This document shows positions 1-10,475 of a DNA stretch of 64,000 nucleotides, piece by piece. How positions within the stretch are numbered: position 1 is the stretch's first letter; each line of letters begins with the position of its first letter. Made by a program: the position numbers and the translations under genes. The notes under the pieces were generated by a model. It did not search any database and was not told where the DNA came from. It saw only the letters and a list, made by a program, of their open reading frames with translations. This DNA is from a virus. Where the stretch lies: IMG/VR virus record IMGVR_UViG_3300006921_000010, positions 7,768 through 71,767 of that record; one strand, given 5' to 3'.

Positions 1-44
1 ATCAAGCATCGGACTATTAGATTTACTAAGTATATCAACCCAAC

Positions 45-1511
45 TCATTTTTTATCCCTCTTTTCTTGAAGTGCTTTAACTCTAGCCCTAAGTGTTTCTA
101 TGTCTGAAGTGACGCTCAAAGGAGGTTCCTTATCAGGCTTTCTAATACTAGCAGTTTCACTCTTATCTTCTTCTGGTGTTAAATTACCTTTTGCTCTTTC
201 AGCATCCATTCTTTCTTCTGCCGCCCTTTCTCTATTTTTAAGATTCTCTAACTTCTGTCTTTCGTTTTTCTTATCTTGGTTGATTTGACCTGTATATTTA
301 TTATAGTGTTGTATTGTTTCTTTAATTTGTTTATAGTCTTCTTTAATTCTTTCTTCTCTACCAGTATCAACTTCAATATTTAATTGTTTATCTGATAACA
401 TTTCTGCAAGTTTATTGTAAGCGATAAACATAGACCTTAATCTTTTGTAGTCGCTTTCTATCTCTTTAACAATTTTCTTGTATTCTTGACCTGCTAATTT
501 TTCTCTACTAATGTCTTCTCTTTCACTAGCAGAAAGTGCATTCCATGAAACATCTATTTTACTTTCCATGCCTTTACTACTCCATTCACTTATCCTGTTC
601 GTTTTATCATTAGCCTCATCATATTCTTCAAATGTATCTTTAAAATCAATCATTATTTCATCCCAAGTATCAATCATATCTGAAATACTTTCTGATAAAT
701 AATTTATATCCGACTTGCTTTTTGCACCTTGAAATCTATACCTATCTTGATTAATTAATTTGATTAGGTTCTCCAATGAGTTTTTCTTTCCATCAGATAT
801 TAATTTATATTCTCTAACTAATGCCTTTCTATCAGGTCTTTGATTACCGCTAAGTATTTCTATTCTCTTCATTACCTTTTCATATAAATCAGTTGGTTTA
901 TATGTGCCATCCTCTTTCTGCTCAATTAATTTATTATATATATCAGGGTGCATTAGTCTAAGTCCGGTGTTAGCCATACGCTCAAATATTAATAATTGTT
1001 TAGTAGTTAATATTTTTTTATCATATAATGAGTTTTGTAATGAAACAGATATTTTACTTCCTTCTTCTACTCTTTTTATTAAAGTTAATAGAGTGCTTTC
1101 ATTAGAAGTTAGATTCCTTCTTATTTCTTTTTCAGAAGTATCTTCTTCATCAAAAAAAGATTGTAGGTTTCTAAATAAATCTTCTGGGATGTTTGGTTTT
1201 ATTTGCCAAAGAGATGACATAATTACTGAATTATTTGCTTTACCTTTTCGATTTCTACCGCTAGGGGTAATTAGTGTCTCCTTATCGAACCCATATGTAT
1301 TATCCTCACCTAAAGTATGTTCTTTTAAATCTAACATTACTCTACCTTGAACTTTAGGTTTTGCTTTACTGAAAAACTCTCTAACTTGTTCTGTGGTATA
1401 TGGTCTAATAACAGATTGGTTACGTTCAAGTCTATCAAAAATCTTATCTTCAACAGAAGTAGATTTTAAGATATTACTATCTCTTATTAAAAAACCATCT
1501 AAAAATGACAT
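45..1511 (-). CDS. Hypothetical coiled-coil-rich protein in the virion morphogenesis cluster
   Basis: 488 aa ORF with a GGTGA SD motif upstream; lies downstream of the portal in the same operon; no recognisable motif. Confidence 0.6.
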   Translation of the reverse strand: MSFLDGFLIRDSNILKSTSVEDKIFDRLERNQSVIRPYTTEQVREFFSKAKPKVQGRVMLDLKEHTLGEDNTYGFDKETLITPSGRNRKGKANNSVIMSSLWQIKPNIPEDLFRNLQSFFDEEDTSEKEIRRNLTSNESTLLTLIKRVEEGSKISVSLQNSLYDKKILTTKQLLIFERMANTGLRLMHPDIYNKLIEQKEDGTYKPTDLYEKVMKRIEILSGNQRPDRKALVREYKLISDGKKNSLENLIKLINQDRYRFQGAKSKSDINYLSESISDMIDTWDEIMIDFKDTFEEYDEANDKTNRISEWSSKGMESKIDVSWNALSASEREDISREKLAGQEYKKIVKEIESDYKRLRSMFIAYNKLAEMLSDKQLNIEVDTGREERIKEDYKQIKETIQHYNKYTGQINQDKKNERQKLENLKNRERAAEERMDAERAKGNLTPEEDKSETASIRKPDKEPPLSVTSDIETLRARVKALQEKRDKK

Positions 1512-1520
1512 TTATATCAC

Positions 1521-1739
1521 CTAAAAGGGTAAACTTCCCATCTTATTACTTCTTTTCTTCTTTGGCTTTCCAATATAGTCAGGCACTTCTGCACTATCTG
1601 GTCTTGTTATACTCTTTGCTTCAGGGTCTACCCCAATAAAGTCAAAGTTTCTATTCTCTGGTTTTTCAACAGAGTTTCTTTCTTCATTTCTTTTTTTAGT
1701 TAATTCTTCTCTTAACTGTCTTGTTGTTTTTTCTGTCAT
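1521..1739 (-). CDS. Small hypothetical protein (likely start MTEKTTRQ)
   Basis: 3' part of track ORF 1521..1949; ATG at 1739 abuts the stop of the upstream gene, so the longer overlapping start is unlikely. Confidence 0.5.
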   Translation of the reverse strand: MTEKTTRQLREELTKKRNEERNSVEKPENRNFDFIGVDPEAKSITRPDSAEVPDYIGKPKKKRSNKMGSLPF

Positions 1740-1740
1740 T

Positions 1741-2256
1741 TTAATATCTCCCGATTTTACCTGGTCTACTATAGTTTGGGTTGTTAACTTTTTTAATTGA
1801 ACGCTCAAGCATGTCCCAACCTCTTTGTAGTTTAAAATCATGCGGTGCATCCTTGTGGGCGTATCTGTATCTATGAATATGTTTATCCTTATTACTTTCA
1901 ATAGAGTTAGCAATATGTTCATCTCTACCTTTAAGATGTTCAGCGTCATTAAACTCTATATGAACTTCATCGTCATTTTTATCAAAACTATGTATTGTAA
2001 TTCCAGGTATTGGTTTATCCGTAGTAGTAGCCCCGTGAGGGTTCCATACATACGTCCCGTCTATTATATTTGTAATCGCTTCATACACTCTGTCTCTATC
2101 GGAGGGATAATCAAACTCATTCCATAAAATATATGTCTTTTTGAATTGCTCAGTATGTGAGTCTGCAAAATATCTTTTTAAAAACATATACATTTTAGTT
2201 ACATGTATACCATGTGGGTTACGTGGATTAACCTTCAATATTTCTTCCCACATCAT
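1741..2256 (-). CDS. Hypothetical protein with N-terminal WxxILK motif
   Basis: 171 aa, begins MMWEEILK, overlaps the portal stop codon. Confidence 0.6.
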   Translation of the reverse strand: MMWEEILKVNPRNPHGIHVTKMYMFLKRYFADSHTEQFKKTYILWNEFDYPSDRDRVYEAITNIIDGTYVWNPHGATTTDKPIPGITIHSFDKNDDEVHIEFNDAEHLKGRDEHIANSIESNKDKHIHRYRYAHKDAPHDFKLQRGWDMLERSIKKVNNPNYSRPGKIGRY

Positions 2257-3914
2257 GGTACTCTCCTTTCTGTTCTTGAATCTACGTTCTGATTACCTGC
2301 TTCTTTAGGTAGACCACTAAATCTTTTATCTGGCCCCGTTTCCATAGAAGGCTTATTTCTTGTTTTTGGTGGTTCAGATTTAACCTTTTCTGCTTGACCC
2401 GCTTCTGCCAAACTAGGTTTATTACCTGCTTCCATCATTTGTCCTAATTGACTAGCATCTATATCAGTACCGGCATAAGGGTCTACTTGAAACTCTTCAC
2501 CTTTACCTTTTTCTCCACCTTTCATTTCTGGTTTTTCTTTAGAATATTTGAACCTACCCTTATCATCCATAGAGACTTCAAAACCTAAGTTTTTAATTGA
2601 ACCTGCTATATTTACTTCCATTTCTCTAAGTCTAAGTCTAGCGATTTCATCTTCTTCTTCTGATGGTGGTAGTTTAAGTTCCCAATCAGTTATACCAAAC
2701 TCTTTGATGATAAAAGGAAACACATAGTTATTCCATATAGTTTGAGCCATTTCTACCGCACGATTAGTAACAAGTATTTGCATACCTTCATTATTCAATC
2801 CACCACTTGCAGAATTATCAGACATAAACACTTTACTTACACCATAGAACCCAGATACCCTATCTCTTAAATCATCTTTAACAGATATATAATCCATTTC
2901 TTTTAGACTGTCCATAAACTTAATCCATTCAATAGAACCCTTGCCATTTTCTGCTTCTATTCCCATTACAGGAATAAAGTGTGGGTCTTGTTCCATCTTC
3001 TCTTTGACCCCTCTCCAAAATGATTTCATTGAGTCAATGTTTCTAGTTTGAACAGCAAGTAATCCTCTAGGCATTCTTTGTTTTGAGTAGGATGAATTGA
3101 CATAATTTTCCATAGCCAATAAAGTAGTGATATGATTCCATAAAGTCAAAACAGGAGACAAACCATACAATCTACTTGGGTTGTATTTACTAAAATGCAA
3201 CACTTCACCTTCGATGAAATGTTGTTCTTCACCATTACATCTATTCACATAATATACAGGGTGCATTGGTGAACCACATTCATCGCACATTGCAGTAGGG
3301 TCTTCTATTATTTGGTCTCTATGATTTAGACAAGTAAATCCATGATTACCCTTCTCGCCATTTTCATCACTATAAATAGCCATAGTTACAGGGTCTCCTC
3401 TATACATTTCTTTAATTTTATGCATTCTAATTTTACCATTATTGTCTAAATAATATTCTTTCTTTAAAACAATATAAGCATCATCCATAATGTTCAAATC
3501 ATCTTCTAATTCTTTTAATATATCTATGAACATTTGGTCTGAGTTATTGACATATCCATCTAAATATTCTTTAGCATACTCTAATTGTTTTTTATTAGGT
3601 TTAGCCAAACTTACAGAACCACATTCTGAACATTTTTCTACGGGTTCATCATGCTCATGTCCACAGTCTCGGCATTTGTAGGCAAACTTTTCTTCCCACT
3701 TATACCCTCTTCTAAATATTTCATTTTTTAATTGAGTAGTGCATGTTCTAACAATAACAGACTGTTGCGCTACATGATAGATTACAGGAGTAGTAATCAT
3801 ATAGTCCGTGGCTTTCTCTTGAATGCCTGGATTAAATGCTCTAGGGTCTTTAGGGGTTGGAGTCCTTCTTCTGAAAAGATTAGTTATACTAAATCTTCTT
3901 TTCTCTTCTACCAT
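2253..3914 (-). CDS. Portal protein with Zn-ribbon insertions
   Basis: Portal-like motifs (EVLHFSKYNPSRLYGLSPV, PRGLL, DMDYI..RDRVSGFYGV); position downstream of terminase; CxxC pairs at YKCRDC, KCSEC and MCDEC. Confidence 0.85.
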   Translation of the reverse strand: MVEEKRRFSITNLFRRRTPTPKDPRAFNPGIQEKATDYMITTPVIYHVAQQSVIVRTCTTQLKNEIFRRGYKWEEKFAYKCRDCGHEHDEPVEKCSECGSVSLAKPNKKQLEYAKEYLDGYVNNSDQMFIDILKELEDDLNIMDDAYIVLKKEYYLDNNGKIRMHKIKEMYRGDPVTMAIYSDENGEKGNHGFTCLNHRDQIIEDPTAMCDECGSPMHPVYYVNRCNGEEQHFIEGEVLHFSKYNPSRLYGLSPVLTLWNHITTLLAMENYVNSSYSKQRMPRGLLAVQTRNIDSMKSFWRGVKEKMEQDPHFIPVMGIEAENGKGSIEWIKFMDSLKEMDYISVKDDLRDRVSGFYGVSKVFMSDNSASGGLNNEGMQILVTNRAVEMAQTIWNNYVFPFIIKEFGITDWELKLPPSEEEDEIARLRLREMEVNIAGSIKNLGFEVSMDDKGRFKYSKEKPEMKGGEKGKGEEFQVDPYAGTDIDASQLGQMMEAGNKPSLAEAGQAEKVKSEPPKTRNKPSMETGPDKRFSGLPKEAGNQNVDSRTERRVP

Positions 3915-3916
3915 AT

Positions 3917-5218
3917 TTAGAACTCCATTTTACTATTCTCTTCTAGTTTAGTTATACCGTCAATATCAATATCCCATGCTTTCCAATCAAATCTGGTATT
4001 ATCACTATGATTATAATATTTCATTAATTTGAATAATTCATCCTTTCTATCTTTATACCAATCTTCTTTTTTATTTTCTTTCTTTATTTTAATTAACTCT
4101 AATAATGCGTTAGCGTTATTTTTCTTTAATTTAAAGTGAGGTAAACACTTGGTTAATAATTTCTTAATGTCTCCTCCAGAATAAAAGTTGAGTCTATTAA
4201 TTAACCTAGTATCTTGTGGAGATTTCTGGTCTAGGTGTAATCTACCCATACCTAATGATTTGTGCATCTCTAACATAAACGCCTTGCCTCTATTACCTGT
4301 TGCTACTAATCCTACTCTTGGGTTATGGTTTTTATCCATTGTAATATATCCGTCTGAATCTATGAATGCGGCTGTATAAGCCCAAATGTTTTTCTTAATA
4401 TCGTCATTTATTTTATAGTGCGCCCCATCTACGTTTGTAATATTCTGTTCTACTGCAAGTTTTGCTATTATTTGGGGGGAACTTCTATCGTATAAGTTTC
4501 TAGGTAATGAATCATGTATCTCTCTTGAGGATATTCCAGGGTTATTACAGACAGAATCTAATATCGCTTTCCTTATACTATCCTTTGGTGATATACTTAT
4601 AGGGGTTTCTTTTATTATTTTCGTGAAGTTTTTCTTTAGAGTTTTCATCTCTTTAGTTAATTCACAATATTTTTCACCATAATTCAAATGTTTTCTTTCT
4701 TGGTCTGCTTCCCAATATTTACACAGAACGTCAATGACTTCTCTCTTCTGGTCTTCAGAAGTTATAGAGTTTAATTTAATTAATTTATCTTCATTATAAT
4801 TCATCTGTCTCAAAGGAGTTTCATACTTTCTTATCCAATAAATACTGCGAATACATTTAGTTAAGTAATCAGAATAATCCTCAATCAAATTATCTATGGA
4901 TTTGGTGAATGCTATTTTAGTTTCACCCTTTAGAGTTCTTCTATATTTTCTCATTGACTTAATTAATGAAGGTATATCTTTACCTTCTATTTCATATTTC
5001 TTAGGATATTCAAAAAGTGTATTTCTAGCCTCAGTAAGATTTATTTTAGCAAAACTAGCATAATCTTTAGCAATATCATCATGGCTTCTAATTGGTTGAG
5101 ATTCTAACCACTTTTGTTCCATGCTTTCTTTAATTCTAGTCATTTCTTCTTTGACTTCTTCTATATTATCTTCTTCATCTGCTAGTTTACGATATGCTTC
5201 TGCTCTTTCACTCATCAT
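3917..5218 (-). CDS. Protein with C-terminal LAGLIDADG endonuclease-like domain, central winged-helix-like segment and helical N-terminus
   Basis: YTAAFIDSDGYI motif and LLTKCLPHFKLKK typical of LAGLIDADG; ILDSVCNNPGISSREI is wHTH-like. Confidence 0.7.
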   Translation of the reverse strand: MMSERAEAYRKLADEEDNIEEVKEEMTRIKESMEQKWLESQPIRSHDDIAKDYASFAKINLTEARNTLFEYPKKYEIEGKDIPSLIKSMRKYRRTLKGETKIAFTKSIDNLIEDYSDYLTKCIRSIYWIRKYETPLRQMNYNEDKLIKLNSITSEDQKREVIDVLCKYWEADQERKHLNYGEKYCELTKEMKTLKKNFTKIIKETPISISPKDSIRKAILDSVCNNPGISSREIHDSLPRNLYDRSSPQIIAKLAVEQNITNVDGAHYKINDDIKKNIWAYTAAFIDSDGYITMDKNHNPRVGLVATGNRGKAFMLEMHKSLGMGRLHLDQKSPQDTRLINRLNFYSGGDIKKLLTKCLPHFKLKKNNANALLELIKIKKENKKEDWYKDRKDELFKLMKYYNHSDNTRFDWKAWDIDIDGITKLEENSKMEF

Positions 5219-5227
5219 ATCACCTAT

Positions 5228-6673
5228 TCAAAAATTAAGTCCCATTATTCCTCTATTTATTCCATAATTAGGTTTAATTGGGCTGTCAAATATCTCCATA
5301 TCATCTAATAATACAAATGAGTCCGTTGAAGTTTGTGCCGCGCTATTAGCCAATGCTAAGGCCATAACTAGGTCATCGTGTGCGCCTACGCCTTCAAACC
5401 TTCCGCTATCAGTAATAGAAAACATAGATAATTCTTCAATTAACATATTAGTTACTGCTCTACTGTTATTATCACCATAAGGTAAGTTGATTTTCTTGTT
5501 TTCAAAGTTCATTTGTAGGTTTAGTATAATCTCTTGTTTCTTTTTTCTAGTTGTATCGAAATCTCTAACATTTAAGTCCGATACTGCTCTTAATTCTTGA
5601 GTAAATGCTTTGGCGAATGTATTTGTTTCATAAAGTATGTTATCCGGCTGAAAAACTTGACCTATTATACGCAATTTGTCTATATTTTCTCTAAAACTCA
5701 CATTTTTGGCTCTATCTACATGGACAATTGTTTTATTCCCTTCATCATCTACCTCTAAAACCATAATTACGTTATAATCTCCATCGGTTGATATAGCAGG
5801 GTCTACACCAACACAATATCTGTATCCTTTATCTCTTCTTTGTCCTAATTTTAGTATATACTCTTTATTTTTAGCATCCTCTAAGTGTTCTATGCCAAAT
5901 AGTGCAGTTCCTGTAGATACAGGAATACATAGATACTCTCTCGTAAACTTTAATGACCCAATTTCAGCCCTTCTTTGCATAAGTGAATCATAGTCCCATC
6001 TCTCAGGCCATAATGGTTCTTCTAATGAATTAAAACAAGGATATTTTCTAACAAAATATGCAGGGTTTTCTTCTAATTGTGAAAATATATCAGTATAAGT
6101 AAAAGGAGTTCCAATCATTCTTAATTTAGCAGTATGATGTAGTGTTGGTATCATGTCTCCAAAGAACCAATCTGTAACTCTAGTAATACCTGCTACACTA
6201 AACTCTTTCAAAGGGTCGTCAATAATAATTTCTTGAGGATGAAGTCCTCTAATCTGAGAACCTACTGACCTTTCTAATACAGAATTACCATTAGTCAAAG
6301 TAATATTACCAATAGCCCATCCCCTAGTAGGTTTATACTGTTTCAATGCAGGGATGTTAAAATATCTATCTATTTCTCTCATGTGAACCATTGTCTGCTT
6401 TTGGTTAGATGAAATATATAGCATTTGAAACGGAGGTTCTTGAAATATAAGATTCCATACTACCCAACTATGCATAAAGACAGATTTACCGTGGTCTCTT
6501 GAGCAAATAATAACTGTTCTATCCGTTGTCTCCATTGATTGTAGCCACTCTTCCATATACTTAGGATACATCATACCCAATACATTTTGAAAGAAGTAAG
6601 GAAAAGAATGTTTAGATAATTCCATGTCCATTCTATGAGTAAAATCTAATTCATTAATTTCCAGAATATTCAC
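5228..6673 (-). CDS. terL: Terminase large subunit
   Basis: Walker A SRDHGKS, Walker B IIIDD, GTP coupling motif, nuclease motifs VGVDPA and HDDLVMALALA. Confidence 0.93.
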   Translation of the reverse strand: MNILEINELDFTHRMDMELSKHSFPYFFQNVLGMMYPKYMEEWLQSMETTDRTVIICSRDHGKSVFMHSWVVWNLIFQEPPFQMLYISSNQKQTMVHMREIDRYFNIPALKQYKPTRGWAIGNITLTNGNSVLERSVGSQIRGLHPQEIIIDDPLKEFSVAGITRVTDWFFGDMIPTLHHTAKLRMIGTPFTYTDIFSQLEENPAYFVRKYPCFNSLEEPLWPERWDYDSLMQRRAEIGSLKFTREYLCIPVSTGTALFGIEHLEDAKNKEYILKLGQRRDKGYRYCVGVDPAISTDGDYNVIMVLEVDDEGNKTIVHVDRAKNVSFRENIDKLRIIGQVFQPDNILYETNTFAKAFTQELRAVSDLNVRDFDTTRKKKQEIILNLQMNFENKKINLPYGDNNSRAVTNMLIEELSMFSITDSGRFEGVGAHDDLVMALALANSAAQTSTDSFVLLDDMEIFDSPIKPNYGINRGIMGLNF

Positions 6674-6942
6674 CTACTTGATTTATTGCCGTGACACTTC
6701 CATTTTCTACGGCTTAAGTTATTAGGGCTATTAGGGTCTTTTCTCCAATCTCCTTTTATCTTATTTGACCTTGCACAATAAGCATCACCCTTACTTGTAT
6801 TGGGTCTAATTCTATCTCCACCATCCTTTGCTTTACCTGCTTGACCGTAAGAGACAGTTCTGTTTCCGACCTTTTTAGAAAACCTTTTTCCTTTAGCCTT
6901 CTTTTTCTTCTTCTTCTTCTTTAAGACATCTTCCCAATACAT
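6670..6942 (-). CDS. Small basic virus protein (YCARS...RKWKC family)
   Basis: Motif SYGQAG...KGDAYCARS...SRRKWKC resembles a widespread phage family; starts MYWEDVLK. Confidence 0.6.
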   Translation of the reverse strand: MYWEDVLKKKKKKKKAKGKRFSKKVGNRTVSYGQAGKAKDGGDRIRPNTSKGDAYCARSNKIKGDWRKDPNSPNNLSRRKWKCHGNKSSR

Positions 6943-7634
6943 TATGGTCTACCCCAAAATCTATTCTTCCATTCGCTTTGTGTAAGTCCCATTGCTTCTT
7001 TTTTGCTAGGTGGATAAGGTGGAGTTTCATATCCCAATGACCTAAGATATCTATGTATCATTCCACCATTAAGTAATGATTTACTGCTCATTTTAGCCTT
7101 AATGTGATTAGTAATATTTCTTAAAGCAATGGCGTTTTCACCCGTATCCTTACTAAGATTTTCTGCATATTTTTCTCTTAGAGTATCCCAAAATTGGCCT
7201 TGAGGCAATAACTCAAAAATGCCTAAATCATTCATGTAAATAGATATTGTATCTTCTAATGCCTGTTTAAACTCTCTTCCTTGTATCTTTTTACTTTTAC
7301 CTCCGGCTCTTTTATACATCATTGATTCTTGACTATGTTCTGATGAAATAGGAGGTGCGTTAGGGTTTCTATGTGATTGAACAAGACACATATCCCAATC
7401 TCTTAACATTTGTTTAAACATTGGTCTTTGACTTTCCATAGCAGTTGTAGAAAACTCTTCAATCATACCTCTAAGTTCATCACTATCTAAATCTTTAAAA
7501 CTATGTAATAAATCATTATTCGCACCCATTTTTTCTAATACACGATAGAGTCTTTCTTTTGCTTCTAACGTGCAAGGGTCTGCCTTTAATATCTCAATCC
7601 AATTCATTTTATTCTTCCTCCCAAAACTGCACAA
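6942..7634 (-). CDS. Hypothetical protein (likely start MNWIEILK)
   Basis: ORF in operon; internal ATG gives the WxxILK N-terminus. Confidence 0.55.
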   Translation of the reverse strand: MCSFGRKNKMNWIEILKADPCTLEAKERLYRVLEKMGANNDLLHSFKDLDSDELRGMIEEFSTTAMESQRPMFKQMLRDWDMCLVQSHRNPNAPPISSEHSQESMMYKRAGGKSKKIQGREFKQALEDTISIYMNDLGIFELLPQGQFWDTLREKYAENLSKDTGENAIALRNITNHIKAKMSSKSLLNGGMIHRYLRSLGYETPPYPPSKKEAMGLTQSEWKNRFWGRP

Positions 7635-7910
7635 ATAACCTATCTAATCTAACTTTCTTTTTCTCTCTAAACACTTCTTCATATCCCTTTATTTGCGCTT
7701 CCCAATATTCCGTGTTCATCTCATACCTATAATATTATTTCTTACATTCCTTTTCTAAATGGACAGCACATAGTTTCTTTTCACATTTTATACATTCTAT
7801 ATGAGCAGGTCGCCAACAATAATAACATGTATCTCCAACAATTTCATCATTGATTGGAACATGTGTTTTTCTATTAATCATAGCCTCCCATCTTGATATA
7901 ACCATACTAA

Positions 7911-10475
7911 TTACCTAAACATTGCTTTAACATGATATACTGCATTACTATTAACCCCATATCTTTTGGCTATAGTTTCCATACTATCTATTTCATTAAC
8001 TATCCCTGTTATATCTGAGCCGGTTAATTCCACCTTATATTGTTCTTTAATTATATCAATAGTATCACTTATGTGATTAAAACTTTCAAGTTCACATGTG
8101 TTATAATAAATAGGCTTGCCTAACATCTTTCTAATTTCATCATGCGCTTCTAAAATCTTTGTATGAACAGAAGCCAATTTGGTTTCGGTTTGGTTTTTGT
8201 ATGCTGTCTTAAACTTATCATATTCTTTTCTTGTATAGTGATTCTTTTCAAATTGTCCTCCAAACTTATACAGCATTGTAATTACATTATGATAAGACGT
8301 TTTATGTTTTCTTTTATCAAACATCATATCTTCTATTTTTCTATTCTGTAATGTAATACCTGTTATATCAAAACTAGAATCTCTTTTTGCCTGTTGTTTA
8401 AACTCATTAGCAAACCAATTTATATCATTTTCTATATTGCCAGGGAACATTTTCTTTAATACATCTAATACTCTATCCGCTTTTTGTTCCATATCTTCTG
8501 CATCTTTACGTGCAGAGTTACTAGTTACTAAGTAGTCTGTTAATATTGAAATGGTTCTAGGTGTAACTGATGAATGATAATACTCTCTATATAACCCTAA
8601 AGTTATCTGTGCTACATTTTCTGGGCCATGATTAATTAGAGCATTTAATGTATCTGAATCTAAGTATTTAGGAACTGTCTTATATGGTATCATTAATTCT
8701 CTAATTGGGTCTCCATAATATCTATCTGCTATATCAAATAACTCAGTAAGACTTTCTGAAAACTTAGCATATTTTTTAACATCTCTTTTTTTACCTTTCT
8801 TACCTAACTTTAATGAATGTATTAAATTGAATTGCGTTTTAAATCTATCTTGCTCTTTCTTATCCGCAGGTATTCTTTTTTCTCCTTTACCTTCTAGCCC
8901 AGGTGCGAAATCAGAAGGCTGATGGTGTATTGGGATTGTAGACTTTTCTAATGGGTCTTCTAATAAATCACTTATTAGAGTAACTAATTTTATATGAAAA
9001 TCTTCTATTTTATCTAAAGGCAACTCTATATCATCAATATGTTGTAAAGCACTTACAACACTTTCACTAATAGGAAAATAGAAGTTTGTCCTATCACCAG
9101 CATCAAACGCTTGTTCTTGGTATTCTTCGTGTTCTGCTAATGCTGTTCTATAAATAGATATTGCACCTGGATTATTTTTAGTTGTATCTTTTAATCTATT
9201 ATTTAATTCAGTCTTAGTTTTCTCCCAAGAACTAATACTATATTTATTTTTAATAATACCTCCATGTGCGGCAACAATAAATAGTGGGTCTACTTGTTCT
9301 ATTACATTGAATTGATTTAAATCATCCATTAAATCATCATACTCTTGTTCTTGTCTAACTTCTTCTTCTGTTTTCTCTCTAAAATTAACTTGTGCCGCTT
9401 GAGGTTTGTTTTCGCCTTGTTTCTCACCTATCGTTGCTATTTGATTTTGTTGTGATTGATAATAATCATCATCATCTTCAAAATCTTCTTCGTGTGCTTG
9501 TATTTCTTCTTTACCTAAAAGGTCGGTTAATGCTCTTAACAACGTAGTTTGCACACTTGCACTAATACTTCTATCTCTATTAGTAATTATAGAATAATCT
9601 AATAGTCCTGTTTTTATTATGTAGTTTTTATCAGCATCCATTTGATTATATAATTCTTGCATTCTTTTAAACTCAGAATCTAACTCTTCTACCTTATCTG
9701 ACACTTGGTTTTTAGTATTGTATCGGCCTGTTGGTTTCTGTGTAATTTGACCTGCCTCATCCATAGCATCTTCCATTTCTTCTTCAACGTCATCCCATAG
9801 TTCTAACACTTCTTTCATAGCGTTTTTTAAATCATCATATAGTGAATATCTTTCTTGATAAAAATTATATATATCTTCTCTGTCATTTTTGTTTGCAGGG
9901 CTTATTCTAGTAACTGAACTAACTGACCTACTTAATGGAGTATATTCTACTTCTGTCTTTAGCGTTTCTAATTCATTTAATAACATCATTAGACCATCTT
10001 CATAAGAAGGTAATTGACTAATAAGAAGTTTAATCTGTGCTGATAATGCAGATTTACTTGTTTCATCTACACCCATAGTAGTTATGTCTTGTAGTGTTAA
10101 ATCTTCTCTTAAATCTTTTAGAGTCATTTGTCTATCTCTATATCTAAAAGAAGTTAATATTTCATTTTTGACTGTTCTTAATGCTATATCATCAGGTTTT
10201 AATTTGCCTACCTCTTTAGTATATGAAGAAATATAGTTTTCTTCAAAACCTCGTTCTATTAAATCACTTCTAATAGAACTAAGAACCCCTGCTTTATTAT
10301 CAGTCTCATGTATAGATGTGCTATGTCTAACTGCTATGTGAGATTCATCAAACTCTTCTTCGGTTACATTATTTAAGAAAGTAGACATATCTAACTTAGT
10401 ATATTTAGTAGCAAAATCAGGCCAACTAAGATTAATATAATCTCCAACCTGTTTCTTGGTAATCTTTTTTGACAT
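7911..10475 (-). CDS. Large hypothetical protein, possibly virion-internal
   Basis: 854 aa acidic, helical ORF; GGAGG SD; in the structural-side operon. Confidence 0.6.
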   Translation of the reverse strand: MSKKITKKQVGDYINLSWPDFATKYTKLDMSTFLNNVTEEEFDESHIAVRHSTSIHETDNKAGVLSSIRSDLIERGFEENYISSYTKEVGKLKPDDIALRTVKNEILTSFRYRDRQMTLKDLREDLTLQDITTMGVDETSKSALSAQIKLLISQLPSYEDGLMMLLNELETLKTEVEYTPLSRSVSSVTRISPANKNDREDIYNFYQERYSLYDDLKNAMKEVLELWDDVEEEMEDAMDEAGQITQKPTGRYNTKNQVSDKVEELDSEFKRMQELYNQMDADKNYIIKTGLLDYSIITNRDRSISASVQTTLLRALTDLLGKEEIQAHEEDFEDDDDYYQSQQNQIATIGEKQGENKPQAAQVNFREKTEEEVRQEQEYDDLMDDLNQFNVIEQVDPLFIVAAHGGIIKNKYSISSWEKTKTELNNRLKDTTKNNPGAISIYRTALAEHEEYQEQAFDAGDRTNFYFPISESVVSALQHIDDIELPLDKIEDFHIKLVTLISDLLEDPLEKSTIPIHHQPSDFAPGLEGKGEKRIPADKKEQDRFKTQFNLIHSLKLGKKGKKRDVKKYAKFSESLTELFDIADRYYGDPIRELMIPYKTVPKYLDSDTLNALINHGPENVAQITLGLYREYYHSSVTPRTISILTDYLVTSNSARKDAEDMEQKADRVLDVLKKMFPGNIENDINWFANEFKQQAKRDSSFDITGITLQNRKIEDMMFDKRKHKTSYHNVITMLYKFGGQFEKNHYTRKEYDKFKTAYKNQTETKLASVHTKILEAHDEIRKMLGKPIYYNTCELESFNHISDTIDIIKEQYKVELTGSDITGIVNEIDSMETIAKRYGVNSNAVYHVKAMFR

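Noticed and set aside
3917-5218. Intein or intron interrupting terminase or portal
   Set aside because: Both neighbours look complete with their own starts and stops, and no intein splice motifs (N-terminal C/S, C-terminal HN) are evident.
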